A stretch of DNA of 64,000 nt from Thermoanaerobaculia bacterium (GCA_035544895.1 DASZZM010000009.1:3797-67796), one strand, 5' to 3'. Shown: positions 31,811-44,053, counted from the stretch's first letter. The notes: generated from the letters alone by a model not told the origin. Numbers and translations are program-made.

Positions 31811-32125
31811 TCATCCTCCGGCGGTCCGCGCCGAGATACCCTGGGCCAGAATCTCCCTCACCTGCTCCTGGAGGATGGCCAGATTCGTCGCTTTTTTCTT
31901 CTCGGGAGGGAGACAGGGGTTCTCCTCGTGCTCGGCAGTGCAACATGGGCTGTTTCCACTGCCGGGGTCGCCTTTTCCTTCGTCCTCTTCGTCCTTGCAC
32001 TTCTGGGTAGTGCAGCCCGGGGTGTCGTAGTCCTTGGCGAGCCACGGCTCCGTTCCGTCGAGCTCGCCGTCGGGAGGGGCTTGGGGCGACACGGGGCGCA
32101 TCAGCTCCTTGTATCTGAAGGCCAT
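31811..32125 (-). CDS. Kinase-associated small Cys/Thr-rich protein B
   Basis: ATG preceded by AGGAGGTGAGAA. N-terminus MAFRYKELMRPV...PWLAKD, core with 5 Cys, C-terminus NLAILQEQVREILAQGI. It lies 120 nt downstream of kinase B. Confidence 0.6.
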   Translation of the reverse strand: MAFRYKELMRPVSPQAPPDGELDGTEPWLAKDYDTPGCTTQKCKDEEDEGKGDPGSGNSPCCTAEHEENPCLPPEKKKATNLAILQEQVREILAQGISARTAGG

Positions 32126-32244
32126 TTCTCACCTCCTGGGACATGTCATGGCAATGCTGCCTGAACTGTGCTACAGCGACCAACGTATCTTAGCGACTAA
32201 TCCGAGAACTGACAAGAGTCATGCTCGAGCCTCTCGACGCCCAC

Positions 32245-35200
32245 TCAGCCCATCGTGAGCATCCAGATGTGGCCCTCGCCACGCTTGTGTGCCAGGTAAA
32301 GGACGCGGTCGTCCGGGCCGACGCTTACCCAGGTGAAGGTCGAGCCCGGCGGCGCTGCCAGCACCGGCCGCGCCGCGCGGCTGCGGACATCCAGCAGAAA
32401 GACTTTCTCGCCATCCAGGTAGACGAGGCGGCGGCCATCGTGCAGCCACTGCGGAAGACTGCCGCTTTCCGTTACCTTGGAATAGCGCGCGGTCTGAAAG
32501 GAATAGAGCACCACGCCAGGCCGATCGGTATCGCCTGCCAGCCACTGGCCGTCGGGTGACCAGGAAGTGGCTTCGAAAACCCCGCCGGCGTAGGCGGGCA
32601 GCTCGGCGGAGACACGGTGGGCCAGCGGCCTGCCGAGGTCGATCAGCGCGGTCACCCGCAGGTTCAGCAGGCAGGCCAGCCGCCGGCCGTCCGGCGACCA
32701 CAGCGGGTTGACCGCGCTCCGGTCGTTGCTGCTCGTGAGCTCTTCCAACCGGCTGCCGTCGGGCCGGATGCTCCACAGCTCATAACGGCCGCTGCGGTTC
32801 GAGTAAAAGGCAACTCGCGATCCGTCCGGCGACCAGACCGGCCGGCGGTTCCTGTAGCTGTCGTTGGTGAGCTGTCTCAGCTCGCTGCCGTCGGAGCGGA
32901 CGATGAAGACGTTCTCTTGCGGCACCTGGGAGTGGAACGCGATCCAGCGCCCGTCGGGGGAAGCGTCGCAACTGCTTACCAAGCGAGAGCCGCCGATGAG
33001 GACCCGCGGCGCCTCGACGGCCAGACCGGCGATCGGGTCGAAGGCGGCTTTCTCCAGGCCCGACTTGTCGTTGCGAGTGGCATAAGCAATCCGCCGGCCG
33101 TCCCTGGAGATGCTCAGCAGCCCGCTCCACCGGGCAGGCGTCGACAGCGGTTCGGGGCGCCCCAGGGCCTGGCCCGTGGTCTCGTCGGCCGCTACCCGCC
33201 ACAGGTTCATCGAGCCGTTCCGGTCGCTGGCGTAATAGACATGTTTTCCGTCGGGGGCCCAGACCGGATTCCAGTTCAGATACTGGTCGTCGACGAGCGG
33301 CACGGCTTGTTCGCCGGCCGCCAGGCCGCGGCGGTCTGCCGGGATTGTCCACAGGACCCGGCGTCCCTTGCCCATCGGTATCCCCAGGTAGGCGATCCGC
33401 AGGCCGTGCGGCGACCAGCTCGGCTGCGCCGCATCGCCCCTGGTGACCAGTTGTCTCGCGCCGGTCGCTACCTTGACTCGCCAGAGCTGGCTGTCGGGCC
33501 CGCGCGTCTGAGGATCGGTCACCCTTTCGGTGGCGCAGAGCACTTCCGTGCCGTCGGGCGACCAGGCGGGGGCGTAAGCGAAATCGGTGAGGCGGCGCAC
33601 CGACTCACCGGTCGAGCCCATGAGGAAGATCCCGCCGCCGTCGCGCTCCGAACGGAAGGCGATCTGCTGGCCATCGGGGGAGAAAGCCGGCTCGGTGTCC
33701 GACGACGGCGAGTCGCGGCTGAGGTCGATCGCGTTGCCCCCGCCGACCCGCTGCAGAAAGATGTGGCTCTTGGCCCCCGTCGCCCTGGTGTAGAGAAAGA
33801 AGTTGCCGTCAGGCGAGAGGCTGGGGGAAGACTCTGTCCCCTCGAAGTCGGTGAGCTGACTGAAGGTCGCCCGGATCGGCGCCGCCGCGTCCGTCCTGGA
33901 GCCAGCCTTGCCCGTGCCGGAGTGGAGCAGCAGGTAGCCGGCCACGGCGGCCGCCAACGCGAGGATGGCAGCGGCGAGGCGGACAGGCAGCTTCCTGGTC
34001 GCCATGACCGGGGGAGCGCCGGTCCCGGCATCGCCCTCCGCCAGCCGGCCGGAGGAATGCCGTACCGGCGCGAGGGCGCCTCCCGAGGCCCGGCCCACGG
34101 CGTCTTGCGAGACCCGGCCCATGCCGCGATCGCCAGGCCACCCCGTCTCCTCCTCCGACTTCGCCGGCATGGCCTCTGCCTCGCCGTAGCCGCTCGCCAG
34201 CGCCCCACCGGGAAAGGTGGGCCGATCGCTCAGAGTTTCTTCGCCCGTGCTCGCGAACCCGCCGCCACCTCCCGGCCCTCCGAAACCGGGCAGAGCCGCG
34301 ATCTCGCCGAGGGCCGCCGCCACGTCGCGGGCGCTCTGCTGCCGTCGCCGCGGGTCTTTCTCGAGCAGCCGCTCGACCAGGGCGCCGAGCTCGCGCGGCA
34401 GGCCGGGACAGACCGTCGAAAGCGGCGGCGGCTGGTAGGTGAGGATGCGGCGCAGCGACTCGACGTGGCTGGCGCCGCGAAAGGGCGACTGGCCGGCCAG
34501 CAGCTCGTAGAGCAGGACGCCGAGCGAGAAGAGGTCCGAGCGGGCGTCGGCCTCGCCGCCGCGGACCTGCTCGGGCGAGATGGTGTGGTACGTGCCCAGC
34601 ACGATGCCCTCGGCGGTCAGCGACTGCTCGTCGCCCTGGCTGTCTCCTTGCCAGACCGACTTGACCAGGCCGAAGTCGAGGATCTTGACCGCCCTCGAGG
34701 CGGCGACCATGACGTTCTCGGTCTTGAGGTCGCGGTGCACGAAGCCGGCGGCGTGCGCCGCCGCCAGGCCGAGCGCGATCTCGCGGGCGAAGCGCACGGC
34801 GACGGCGGGATCGAGCGGCCCGCGCGCCACCATGTCGGCGAGGCTCTCGCCCTCGACGTATTCCATGATCAGGGCGTCGCCGCCGCCGCCGGAGTCGCCG
34901 GCGGTCACGAGATCGAAGATCTGCACGATGGCCGGGTGGTTGAGCCGCGCCGCCGCCCGCGCCTCGCGGCGGAAGCGCTGGCGCTGGACTTCCGAGAGCG
35001 GCCCGTCGTGGCGGATGCGCTTGATGGCGACCAACCTGCCGAGGCGGTCGTCGAAGGCCAGGTACACCTCTCCCATGCCGCCGCGCCCGAGCTGGCGCTC
35101 TACGCGATAGGCGCCGATCCGTTCGCCGGGCCGCAGAGGGGAAGGGGAGGGACGGGAGGCGTCGCCTCCTCTCCCTACATGCCCTGGTCCAGGGTCTGCC

Positions 35201-35262
35201 GAAGCTGGTCGCGAAGGAGGGCCAGCTCCGCTGCCTGCCGGTACCCGGGGTCCTTCTTGCAT
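32245..35262 (-). CDS. Transmembrane Ser/Thr kinase with TolB-like propeller, cassette B
   Basis: Same architecture as kinase A and strongly similar to it. The annotated ATG start at 35262 overlaps the 3' end of small-protein gene C by about 88 nt; no alternative in-frame start exists downstream of the overlap. Confidence 0.85.
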   Translation of the reverse strand: MQEGPRVPAGSGAGPPSRPASADPGPGHVGRGGDASRPSPSPLRPGERIGAYRVERQLGRGGMGEVYLAFDDRLGRLVAIKRIRHDGPLSEVQRQRFRREARAAARLNHPAIVQIFDLVTAGDSGGGGDALIMEYVEGESLADMVARGPLDPAVAVRFAREIALGLAAAHAAGFVHRDLKTENVMVAASRAVKILDFGLVKSVWQGDSQGDEQSLTAEGIVLGTYHTISPEQVRGGEADARSDLFSLGVLLYELLAGQSPFRGASHVESLRRILTYQPPPLSTVCPGLPRELGALVERLLEKDPRRRQQSARDVAAALGEIAALPGFGGPGGGGGFASTGEETLSDRPTFPGGALASGYGEAEAMPAKSEEETGWPGDRGMGRVSQDAVGRASGGALAPVRHSSGRLAEGDAGTGAPPVMATRKLPVRLAAAILALAAAVAGYLLLHSGTGKAGSRTDAAAPIRATFSQLTDFEGTESSPSLSPDGNFFLYTRATGAKSHIFLQRVGGGNAIDLSRDSPSSDTEPAFSPDGQQIAFRSERDGGGIFLMGSTGESVRRLTDFAYAPAWSPDGTEVLCATERVTDPQTRGPDSQLWRVKVATGARQLVTRGDAAQPSWSPHGLRIAYLGIPMGKGRRVLWTIPADRRGLAAGEQAVPLVDDQYLNWNPVWAPDGKHVYYASDRNGSMNLWRVAADETTGQALGRPEPLSTPARWSGLLSISRDGRRIAYATRNDKSGLEKAAFDPIAGLAVEAPRVLIGGSRLVSSCDASPDGRWIAFHSQVPQENVFIVRSDGSELRQLTNDSYRNRRPVWSPDGSRVAFYSNRSGRYELWSIRPDGSRLEELTSSNDRSAVNPLWSPDGRRLACLLNLRVTALIDLGRPLAHRVSAELPAYAGGVFEATSWSPDGQWLAGDTDRPGVVLYSFQTARYSKVTESGSLPQWLHDGRRLVYLDGEKVFLLDVRSRAARPVLAAPPGSTFTWVSVGPDDRVLYLAHKRGEGHIWMLTMG

Positions 35263-35477
35263 CCCGAAGAGGGGTTTTGCTCGGAGTTAGGAGGAGGACA
35301 CTCGGGCCCGGGTTTTTCGCGGCATCCGTCGGTCCGATTCCCGATCGTGACGGGAGGGGGACAGTCTTCGGTGTCCCCGCAGTCTTCGCGATGCTCCGAT
35401 GGATGGGGACAGTCTCCCTTATCCTCCTTCGCCGCCAGCCCGACGCTGCCGACCAGGTCCTTGTACTTGAAGGCCAT
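35175..35477 (-). CDS. Kinase-associated small Cys/Thr-rich protein C
   Basis: ATG preceded by GGGGGTGATGA. N-terminus MAFKYKDLVGSV, core with 6 Cys plus PPP motifs, C-terminus ELALLRDQLRQTLDQGM. It lies 128 nt downstream of kinase C. Confidence 0.6.
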   Translation of the reverse strand: MAFKYKDLVGSVGLAAKEDKGDCPHPSEHREDCGDTEDCPPPVTIGNRTDGCREKPGPECPPPNSEQNPSSGCKKDPGYRQAAELALLRDQLRQTLDQGM

Positions 35478-35604
35478 TCATCACCCCCTGGGGAAAACCC
35501 CGCGATGGCCGTTCCCCTCCAAGAGGAACCAGCATGAGCGCAGCCCCTCGAACAGTGGGCCGCGGATCTCAAGATTAAAGAGATGATAGCAGAGAAAGCG
35601 ATGC

Positions 35605-38600
35605 TCAGCTCACCGCCAGCATCCAGATATGGCCTTCGCCGCTCTCGCGCACCAGGTAGACGGCACGGTCGTCCGGGGCGATGCTCAGCCCGAAGAAGGA
35701 CGAATTGGCCGCGGGCTCCAGCATCAGCCGCGTCTGCCGGGTGCGGACGTCCACCAGGAAGAGCTTGCCCGCGTCGAGGTAGAGGAGGTGGCGGCCGTCG
35801 TGCAGCCAGTGCGGATTGAAGCCCCGCTCGGTCAGCCGGGAGCACCGGTGGCTGCTGAACGAGTAGAGCCCGATGCCCGGGAGGTTCGTCTGGTCTGGCC
35901 GCATGAATGTGCCCGCCAGCCAGCGCCCGTCGGACGACCAGGCGCTGGCCTCGAAGATTCCTTCGCAGCCGCCGGCCACGGGCAGCGCGGCGGGCACGCG
36001 CTCGGCCGGCGGCCGGGCGAGGTCGATCAGCGCCGTGCCACGCGCATCCAGAAAAACGCCGGCAAGCCAACGGCCGTCCGGTGACCACGACGGAACGACG
36101 ATGCCGGGGCCTCGCGTCCGGGTGATCTGCTCGAGCCTGCTGCCGTCGGGGAGAATGGTCCACAGCTCGTACCTGCCGCTGCGGTTCGAGTAGAAGGCAA
36201 GGCGCGAGCCGTCCGGCGACCAGACCGGGACGCGGTCATTGAATCGGTCGTTGGTGAGCTGCCGCAGCTCGCCGCCGTCCAGGCGGATGACGAAGAGGTC
36301 TTCCTGCGGGACCAGGGAGTGGAAGGCGATCCGCCGGCCGTCGGGCGAGACCTCGCAGGAGCGCACGTGACGCGAGCCCTGAAGAAGCGCCCGCGACGTT
36401 CCCGCGGGCCGGCCGGCCACCGGATCGAAAGCGATCGTTTCCAGGGCCGACCTGCTGTCGCGGCTCTCGTAGACGATCCGCCGGCCGTCCCGGGCGACGC
36501 TCGGCAGCCCGCTCCACCGGGACGGCGTGGTCAGCGCCTCGGGCTCCCCCAGCGGCTTGCCCGTGGCCTCGTCGAGAGCCACCCGCCAGAGATTCATCGA
36601 GCCGCCGCGGTCGCTGGCGAAGTAAAGGTGAGCGCCGTCCGGCGCCCACGCCGGGCTCCAGTTGAGGTGCTGGTCGTCGACGACCGGCAAGGCCTCGCCC
36701 GTGCTCACCGGGGTGGCGCGGTCGGCGGGGATCGTCGACACCACGCGGTGCGCCGTGCCGGCGGCAAGGCCCCAGTACGCGATGCGCCGGCCGTGCGGCG
36801 ACCAGCTCGGCTGCAGACCTTCGCCTTCGAACACCAGGCGCTTGGAACCGCTCGCCACGCTCACCCGCCAGAGCCGGCTGGCGGAAGTCCTGCTGGCTGG
36901 ATCGTCCGTCGAGGCGGTCGCGCACAGCACTTCGCTGCCGTCGGGCGACCAGGCCGGGTTGTAGCCGAAGTCGGTGAGGCGCCGAACCGATTCGCCGGTG
37001 GCGCCCATGACGAAGATGCCTCCACCGGTGCGCTCCGAGCGGAAAGCGATCTGCTGGCCGTCAGGGGAGAAGGCCGGCTGCGTGTCGGATGCCGGCGAGT
37101 CGCCAGTGAGATCGATCGGGTTGCCGCCGCCCACGCGCTGCAGGAAAATGTGGGTCGCGCCCCGGGTCGCCCTGCCGTAGAGGAAGAAAGCGCCGTCCGG
37201 CGAGATGCTGGGGAAAGACTCTGTCCCCTCGAAGTCGGTGAGCTGGGTAAAGCTAGCGCCGACCGCCGCCCCTGCCGCCGGAAGGGCCGGCCTGTTCGCG
37301 CCGGGGCGCAGCAGGAGATAGCCGCCCATGGCAGCGAGCACCGCGAGCGCCGCGAGCGCCGCAAGCACCGCGGCGCCGAGCCGCAGACGCAGCCTTCCTG
37401 CCCCAGCGTCCCGGGCGCCCGCACCCGGGCCGGTGCGGGCGTCGGTCGCGGCAAGGCCGGGGGCATGGCCTTCTCCCGGCAGCCCGGCGCCCTCCCTTCC
37501 TTCCTGCTCCTCCGCGGCCCCCGGCGCGGCCGGCAGCGCCGCGCCGGGAAAGGTGGGGCGGTCGCTCAGCGTCTGCTCGGCCGCGCTCGCGAAGCCGCCG
37601 GCCCCGCCGTCTCCGTCTCCGATACCGGGCAGGGCGGCGATCTCGCCGAGCGCCGCCGCCACGTCGCGGGCGGTCTGCGGCCGCCGCCGCGGGTCCTTCT
37701 CGAGCAGCCGCTCGACCAGCGCGCCGAGCTCGCGCGGCAGCCCGGGAAGGATCGTCGAGAGCGGCGGCGGGTGGAGAGTGAGGATGCGCCGCAGCGACTC
37801 GACGTGGCTGCCGCCGCGGAAGGGCGACTGGCCGCTGACGAGCTCGTAGAGCAGCACGCCGAGCGAGAAGAGGTCCGAGCGGGCGTCGGCCTCGCTGCCC
37901 CGCACCTGCTCGGGCGAGATGGTGTGGAAGGTGCCCAGCACGACGCCCTCGGCGGTCAGCGACTGCTCCGCGTTCTGGCTCTCCTCCAGCCAGACCGACT
38001 TGACCAGGCCGAAATCGAGGATCTTGACCCGCCCCGAGGCGGTGACCATGACGTTCTCGCTCTTCAGGTCGCGGTGTACGAAGCCGGCGGCGTGCGCCGC
38101 CGCCAGGCCGAGCGCGATCTCGCGGGCGAAGCGCACGGCGACGGCCGGATCGAGGGGCCCGCGCGCCACCATCTCGGCGAGGCTTTCGCCCTCGACGTAC
38201 TCCATGACCAGGGCGTCGCCGGCGCCGCTGGCGTCGACCGTGAGCAGATCGAAGATCTGCACGATGGCCGGGTGGTTGAGCTGCGCCGCCGCCCGCGCCT
38301 CGCGGCGGAAGCGCTGGCGCTGGACGTCCGAGAGCGGCCCGTCGTGGCGGATGCGCTTGATGGCCACGAGCCTGCCCAGGCGGTCGTCGAAGGCGAGGTA
38401 CACCTCGCCCATGCCGCCGCGTCCGAGCCGCCGCTCCACGCGATAGGCGCCGATCCGTTCGCCGGACCGCAGGTCTGAGCTGGAAGAACGGGGGGTGGGG
38501 CGGCGGGGCGCCTCTTCCGCGGCGGATCCGCCGGCCGAGCCCGCGGGAGACTCAGCCTCGGCCGAGGTCTGCTCGCCGGACTCTTCGGGAGCGCGCGCGG

Positions 38601-38646
38601 ATGAGTCGCCTTGGTGGCTGGAAGGTTTCGGCCCAGGCTTCATCAT
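35605..38646 (-). CDS. Transmembrane Ser/Thr kinase with TolB-like propeller, cassette C
   Basis: True start MMKPGPKPSSHQGDSSARAPEESGEQ matches the kinase A N-terminus (MHPGPKPSVNQGDSSARSPEAAGEQ). AGGAG RBS. The ORF-track 1465-aa version is a read-through fusion with an Arg/Pro-rich junk N-terminus. The start lies 33 nt after the stop of the TIR-NACHT gene. Confidence 0.85.
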   Translation of the reverse strand: MMKPGPKPSSHQGDSSARAPEESGEQTSAEAESPAGSAGGSAAEEAPRRPTPRSSSSDLRSGERIGAYRVERRLGRGGMGEVYLAFDDRLGRLVAIKRIRHDGPLSDVQRQRFRREARAAAQLNHPAIVQIFDLLTVDASGAGDALVMEYVEGESLAEMVARGPLDPAVAVRFAREIALGLAAAHAAGFVHRDLKSENVMVTASGRVKILDFGLVKSVWLEESQNAEQSLTAEGVVLGTFHTISPEQVRGSEADARSDLFSLGVLLYELVSGQSPFRGGSHVESLRRILTLHPPPLSTILPGLPRELGALVERLLEKDPRRRPQTARDVAAALGEIAALPGIGDGDGGAGGFASAAEQTLSDRPTFPGAALPAAPGAAEEQEGREGAGLPGEGHAPGLAATDARTGPGAGARDAGAGRLRLRLGAAVLAALAALAVLAAMGGYLLLRPGANRPALPAAGAAVGASFTQLTDFEGTESFPSISPDGAFFLYGRATRGATHIFLQRVGGGNPIDLTGDSPASDTQPAFSPDGQQIAFRSERTGGGIFVMGATGESVRRLTDFGYNPAWSPDGSEVLCATASTDDPASRTSASRLWRVSVASGSKRLVFEGEGLQPSWSPHGRRIAYWGLAAGTAHRVVSTIPADRATPVSTGEALPVVDDQHLNWSPAWAPDGAHLYFASDRGGSMNLWRVALDEATGKPLGEPEALTTPSRWSGLPSVARDGRRIVYESRDSRSALETIAFDPVAGRPAGTSRALLQGSRHVRSCEVSPDGRRIAFHSLVPQEDLFVIRLDGGELRQLTNDRFNDRVPVWSPDGSRLAFYSNRSGRYELWTILPDGSRLEQITRTRGPGIVVPSWSPDGRWLAGVFLDARGTALIDLARPPAERVPAALPVAGGCEGIFEASAWSSDGRWLAGTFMRPDQTNLPGIGLYSFSSHRCSRLTERGFNPHWLHDGRHLLYLDAGKLFLVDVRTRQTRLMLEPAANSSFFGLSIAPDDRAVYLVRESGEGHIWMLAVS

Positions 38647-38681
38647 CGCGCTCCTAGAAAGAAACTCGCTCGCAGTGTCGT

Positions 38682-41600
38682 TCACGTCCCGAGGCCGCCC
38701 ACCGGCGGCAGAACAACGCGAAAGCCCGGACTCCCCAGCTCGAACGACGGGGGCCTGGAGTACCGGTAGGCCGCGCGCGCGGCATCCGCGTCGTTCCAGT
38801 AACCGCCGCCGCGCAGGACGCGGGCGCCGCCGGGGGAGGCTGGCGCGCCGACTTCGCCGACCTCGTCGAGCGCATCGGCGTCGACGGTCGAAGAATCGAA
38901 GATCACTCCCTTCTCGGTGCTCGTCGAGGGACTCAGCGTCCATTCCCAGACGTTGCCATGTACGTCGTAGAGGCCCCAGGGGTTGGCGGGCTTCTCGCCG
39001 ACCCGGTGGGTGCGGCGGTCGGAGTTGGCCTCGTACCAGCCGGCGCGGGCGAGCGCCCCCTCCCGGTCGCCGCTCCAGTAGAGGCTCTTCGTGCCCGCCC
39101 GGCAGACGTACTCCCACTCCTCCTCGGCCGGCAGGCGCGCGCCGCGCGCCCAGGCGAAGACCGACGACAACCAGCGGCAGAAGGAGACCGCCTCGTACCA
39201 GGTGACCCCGGCCGCCGGGTGGTGGGCCAGCTCCTCCCGCGCCACCTCTTCCCAGTCCGCGAACCGGCGCTCGGGATCGAAGGCCGCGTACTGGGCGCGG
39301 GTTACCGGAACCGCGGCGCAGCGGAACGGCCGCGCGATCGTCACCTGGTGACGAGGGTGCTCGTCCCGGCTTCCCTCGCCCTTCAGGCTCCCCATCCAGA
39401 ACCACCCGGCGGGGATCTCTCGCCAGAGGGGCACGCGGCCGTCCACCGAGGTCTCGATCCCGGCGAACAGCTCTTCGGCCGCCGCGGGCGGCCGGATGTG
39501 ATCGTAGAGGCGGGCACGGAGCGCGGCCCCTTCCCGGGCGTGATCGGGGAACTGGCGGGCGACCTCCCGGACCGCCTGGTCGAGGAAGAAGAGGTCGTTG
39601 CCGTTGCGGGTCCGCCGGCGGAGCTGATCGAGGAGGGCGAGCACCCGCCGGGGTTCTCCGACCAGCTCGGGCAGGCGACCGTAGACCTCCCGCCTCTCCT
39701 CCCACTCCTCGCTGAGCACGAGGATCTCCCGCACGGTGTCGTCGCGAAGGGTCTGCGCGGTGGCCAGGGCGCGCAGGCCGAGGGGGCGGTTCTCCTGCAC
39801 CAGGGCGCGCACCAGCTCGTCCGGGGCCTCGACCTGGCCGACCAGCAGGGAGAAGGGCTCCGCCCAGCGGCTCTGGTCCTGCTCCGCGGTGATCGTCCGG
39901 GCGCGGGCGAGGACGGCCGCCCGCCCCTTGTCGCCGCGGTACTCCTCGGCCAGGCGCTCGGCGGCCAGGGCCTCGCGGAAGGTGCGGTGCCAGAAGCGCC
40001 AATCGGCATCGGGACCATCGTGAGGGCCGAGGATGCCGGTGCGCTCGGCGAGCTCGTCGAAGAACGGCCGCAGCCCCTGCCGCCAGCGCGGCACCCGCTC
40101 CAGGGCCCGGCAGACCTCCTCCGCCTCGGGCTGGTACAACCGCTCCTCGAGACGGCTCCGCGGCTCGGCATCCCGGTTGTCCACCGTCATCGAGAACGCG
40201 AGGTGGCGAAGGGCCTTGCGGACCGCCGCCGGACGCTCGATGGGGAGCCCCTCATGGAACCTGTGCTTGCCTTCGAGGAGGAGCTCGAAGACCTGATCGT
40301 AGAGCCGGGTACGGTTGCGGTCGGGGGCGGTTCCGCGCTCGAAGAGGAGGGCCATCAGGGTAAGGTAGAGGGGGTTGCCGGCGAGCTCGGACAGCCCCGG
40401 CCCGTCGAGGGAGGCGAGCGCTTCGGCGGCCCGCGCCTCGTCCGGCCTGCCCGTGGCGCGGCCGAACCAGCGGGCGAGGAATTCGCGGCGGCGCTCGCCA
40501 TTGAAGGGAAGCAGGACGAGCTCGCGGAAGGCGCTCCCCGGCCGGCGATAGCCGATGGGCCGGCTGGCCACCACCAGCGGCGAAGCCGGCCAGGTGGCGG
40601 CGAGGTCGCGCAGCAGCTCTTCGGCCTGCTCATGCTCGTCGCGGGGAACCTCGTCGAGACCGTCCAAGAGCACGAGCAGGCGCCCCTGCTGCCCCTCGCG
40701 GTCGAGGACCGCCTTCAACCCCGGGGCCGGATGGCCGGCGAGCTCCAGGCGGCGGACGACGCGGTCGAGCAGCGGCCGGCCCTCGTGCAGCAGACGAGGC
40801 AGCGATTCGTAAAGAGGCACCCAGGGGCGGTTCTCCTGCCGCGCCAGGCTGGCCGACAGGTGGCGCAGGAGGAGCGTCTTGCCGGCGCCCGGATCGCCCA
40901 GCACCACCCAGCGGCCGGTGACCCAAGGGTGGGCGGCGCGGTCCAGACCGAGCACCTCGCGCAGGCCGAGCGAACGGGCCAGGCGCTCGGACTTGGGCTC
41001 CGGAGCGACCGCCTGCAGGGTCTCGGGCTGGAGCTCCAACTGGACGTAGACCCGGTCGAGCAGCTCCCCTTCGGCCTGGCGCTGGAAGTAGGGGGCCAGC
41101 CGCTCGTGGTCGGCGGCCACCTGGCGCAGCCAGACTCCGAGCAGGCCGCGGCCGGGGCCCTGCTGGCGCAGAGACCGCAGCTCCTCGCGCAGGGGTCCGA
41201 GGGCGGCGACCCGGTCCGGCTCGTCCTCCCCGAGGTTCTCCTCCAAGACTTCGACGATGCGCAGGGCGGCGGCGACCGGGTCCTCGGCGGCGGTTGCCCA
41301 GACCAGGGCGGCCGAAGCGGCGCATGCCCAGGAGGGCTGGCCGTCGAGCTTCTCGGGCGCGAGCCCGAGGCACGAGGCGATGGCGCGCCGGAGGACTTTG
41401 CTGCCGAGGAGCGGGGTCAGCCAGCCGACGAGCCGGGTGCGCAGGGCGGCAGGCAGCCCGGAATCGGGCGAGGCCGGGATCTCGATGCCGGCAGGCAGGG
41501 CGGGGAGGTTGCGGCGGTCGCTCGAGCCGAGGATACCGGAGAGCAGCTCCCGGAGCCCGCGGCGGTACTTCTCCTCGCCGGCCTCCCGGAAATCGACGAA

Positions 41601-41951
41601 CTGGATCTGGTCGAAAAAGGGGGGCAGTGGGGTCTCGACCAGGTGGACGAGGTGGAGCTTTCCCTCGTGCCAGTCCTGGCGGGTGGCGAGGAAGCTCTGC
41701 CACTCGTCGGAGACTCGCGGGGACGCGAGCGCCTCGGGGGTGATGACGAGGATCAGCTGGCCGGCCCGGTCGAGACCCGCCTGGAGCTGCCCGATCCAGG
41801 AGCGGCCGCTCGCCAGATCGGTTTCGTCGAGGAAGACCTTCCCCGGCCGGTTCGCGGCGGCAAGGCCGGCCTCGAGGCCGCGGTGGAGGACCTCCACCCA
41901 GGCCTGATAGCGGTGGGCATAGCTCAGGAACGCCGTGTAGTGCTCGGGCAT
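38682..41951 (-). CDS. TIR-NACHT-FGE-sulfatase (DUF323) STAND NTPase; bacterial NLR-like protein
   Basis: N-terminal TIR ([15 protein letters not shown]...[37 protein letters not shown]...SDEW). NACHT with Walker A GDPGAGKT and Walker [13 protein letters not shown]-terminal FGE-sulfatase domain ([23 protein letters not shown]..., [45 protein letters not shown]). The ORF-track start at 42050 adds 33 aa. Confidence 0.8.
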   Translation of the reverse strand: MPEHYTAFLSYAHRYQAWVEVLHRGLEAGLAAANRPGKVFLDETDLASGRSWIGQLQAGLDRAGQLILVITPEALASPRVSDEWQSFLATRQDWHEGKLHLVHLVETPLPPFFDQIQFVDFREAGEEKYRRGLRELLSGILGSSDRRNLPALPAGIEIPASPDSGLPAALRTRLVGWLTPLLGSKVLRRAIASCLGLAPEKLDGQPSWACAASAALVWATAAEDPVAAALRIVEVLEENLGEDEPDRVAALGPLREELRSLRQQGPGRGLLGVWLRQVAADHERLAPYFQRQAEGELLDRVYVQLELQPETLQAVAPEPKSERLARSLGLREVLGLDRAAHPWVTGRWVVLGDPGAGKTLLLRHLSASLARQENRPWVPLYESLPRLLHEGRPLLDRVVRRLELAGHPAPGLKAVLDREGQQGRLLVLLDGLDEVPRDEHEQAEELLRDLAATWPASPLVVASRPIGYRRPGSAFRELVLLPFNGERRREFLARWFGRATGRPDEARAAEALASLDGPGLSELAGNPLYLTLMALLFERGTAPDRNRTRLYDQVFELLLEGKHRFHEGLPIERPAAVRKALRHLAFSMTVDNRDAEPRSRLEERLYQPEAEEVCRALERVPRWRQGLRPFFDELAERTGILGPHDGPDADWRFWHRTFREALAAERLAEEYRGDKGRAAVLARARTITAEQDQSRWAEPFSLLVGQVEAPDELVRALVQENRPLGLRALATAQTLRDDTVREILVLSEEWEERREVYGRLPELVGEPRRVLALLDQLRRRTRNGNDLFFLDQAVREVARQFPDHAREGAALRARLYDHIRPPAAAEELFAGIETSVDGRVPLWREIPAGWFWMGSLKGEGSRDEHPRHQVTIARPFRCAAVPVTRAQYAAFDPERRFADWEEVAREELAHHPAAGVTWYEAVSFCRWLSSVFAWARGARLPAEEEWEYVCRAGTKSLYWSGDREGALARAGWYEANSDRRTHRVGEKPANPWGLYDVHGNVWEWTLSPSTSTEKGVIFDSSTVDADALDEVGEVGAPASPGGARVLRGGGYWNDADAARAAYRYSRPPSFELGSPGFRVVLPPVGGLGT

Positions 41952-42017
41952 ATGAAGGAATGATAGGGCAGCGGCGGGGGTGCGCACGAGCTCATGGAAC
42001 CCGGCTCCCGATGACGA

Positions 42018-42033
42018 GCAATGCCGCCGCCAG
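42018..42033 (-). promoter_or_regulatory. Candidate sigma54 (-24/-12) promoter TGGCGGCGGCATTGCT upstream of the TIR-NACHT gene
   Basis: The reverse complement of gcaatgccgccgcca gives TGGC-N8-TTGC with consensus GG/GC spacing. It sits about 55 nt upstream of the 41951 start, in the spacer after the sigma54 activator gene. This is a pattern match only. Confidence 0.3.
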
Positions 42034-42115
42034 CAGGGCCGCGGCCCCACGCACGTGGTTCCAGGCCACAGCCAAGAGCCGAGAGAAGTCTCAGCGTCCC
42101 CATCGCGCTCCTACA

Positions 42116-44053
<1,938 letters not shown>

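Noticed and set aside
32617-35586. Long antisense or alternate-frame ORFs across the kinase cassettes (for example 32617-35586 +, 33809-36163 -, 36319-38478 +, 45149-48061 -, 38958-41963 +, 41960-44026 +)
   Set aside because: Typical high-GC shadow ORFs. Their translations are dominated by Arg, Gly, Ala and Pro runs with no domain motifs, while the chosen frames carry complete kinase, PD40, NACHT or AAA+ signatures.
31699-35604. Sigma54-type promoters upstream of small-protein genes B, C and D and of kinases A and D
   Set aside because: I searched the minus-strand spacers for TGGCAC-N5-TTGC-like elements. Only the spacers upstream of the TIR-NACHT gene (decent) and of small protein A (weak) gave matches with correct GG/GC spacing; the other spacers did not, so no features were called there.
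35605-40002. 1465-aa ORF suggesting a giant kinase fusion
   Set aside because: The first about 450 residues are Arg/Pro/Gly-rich read-through across the 3' end of the TIR-NACHT gene in another frame. The kinase clearly starts at MMKPGPKPSS (38646) by homology with kinase A and by its RBS.
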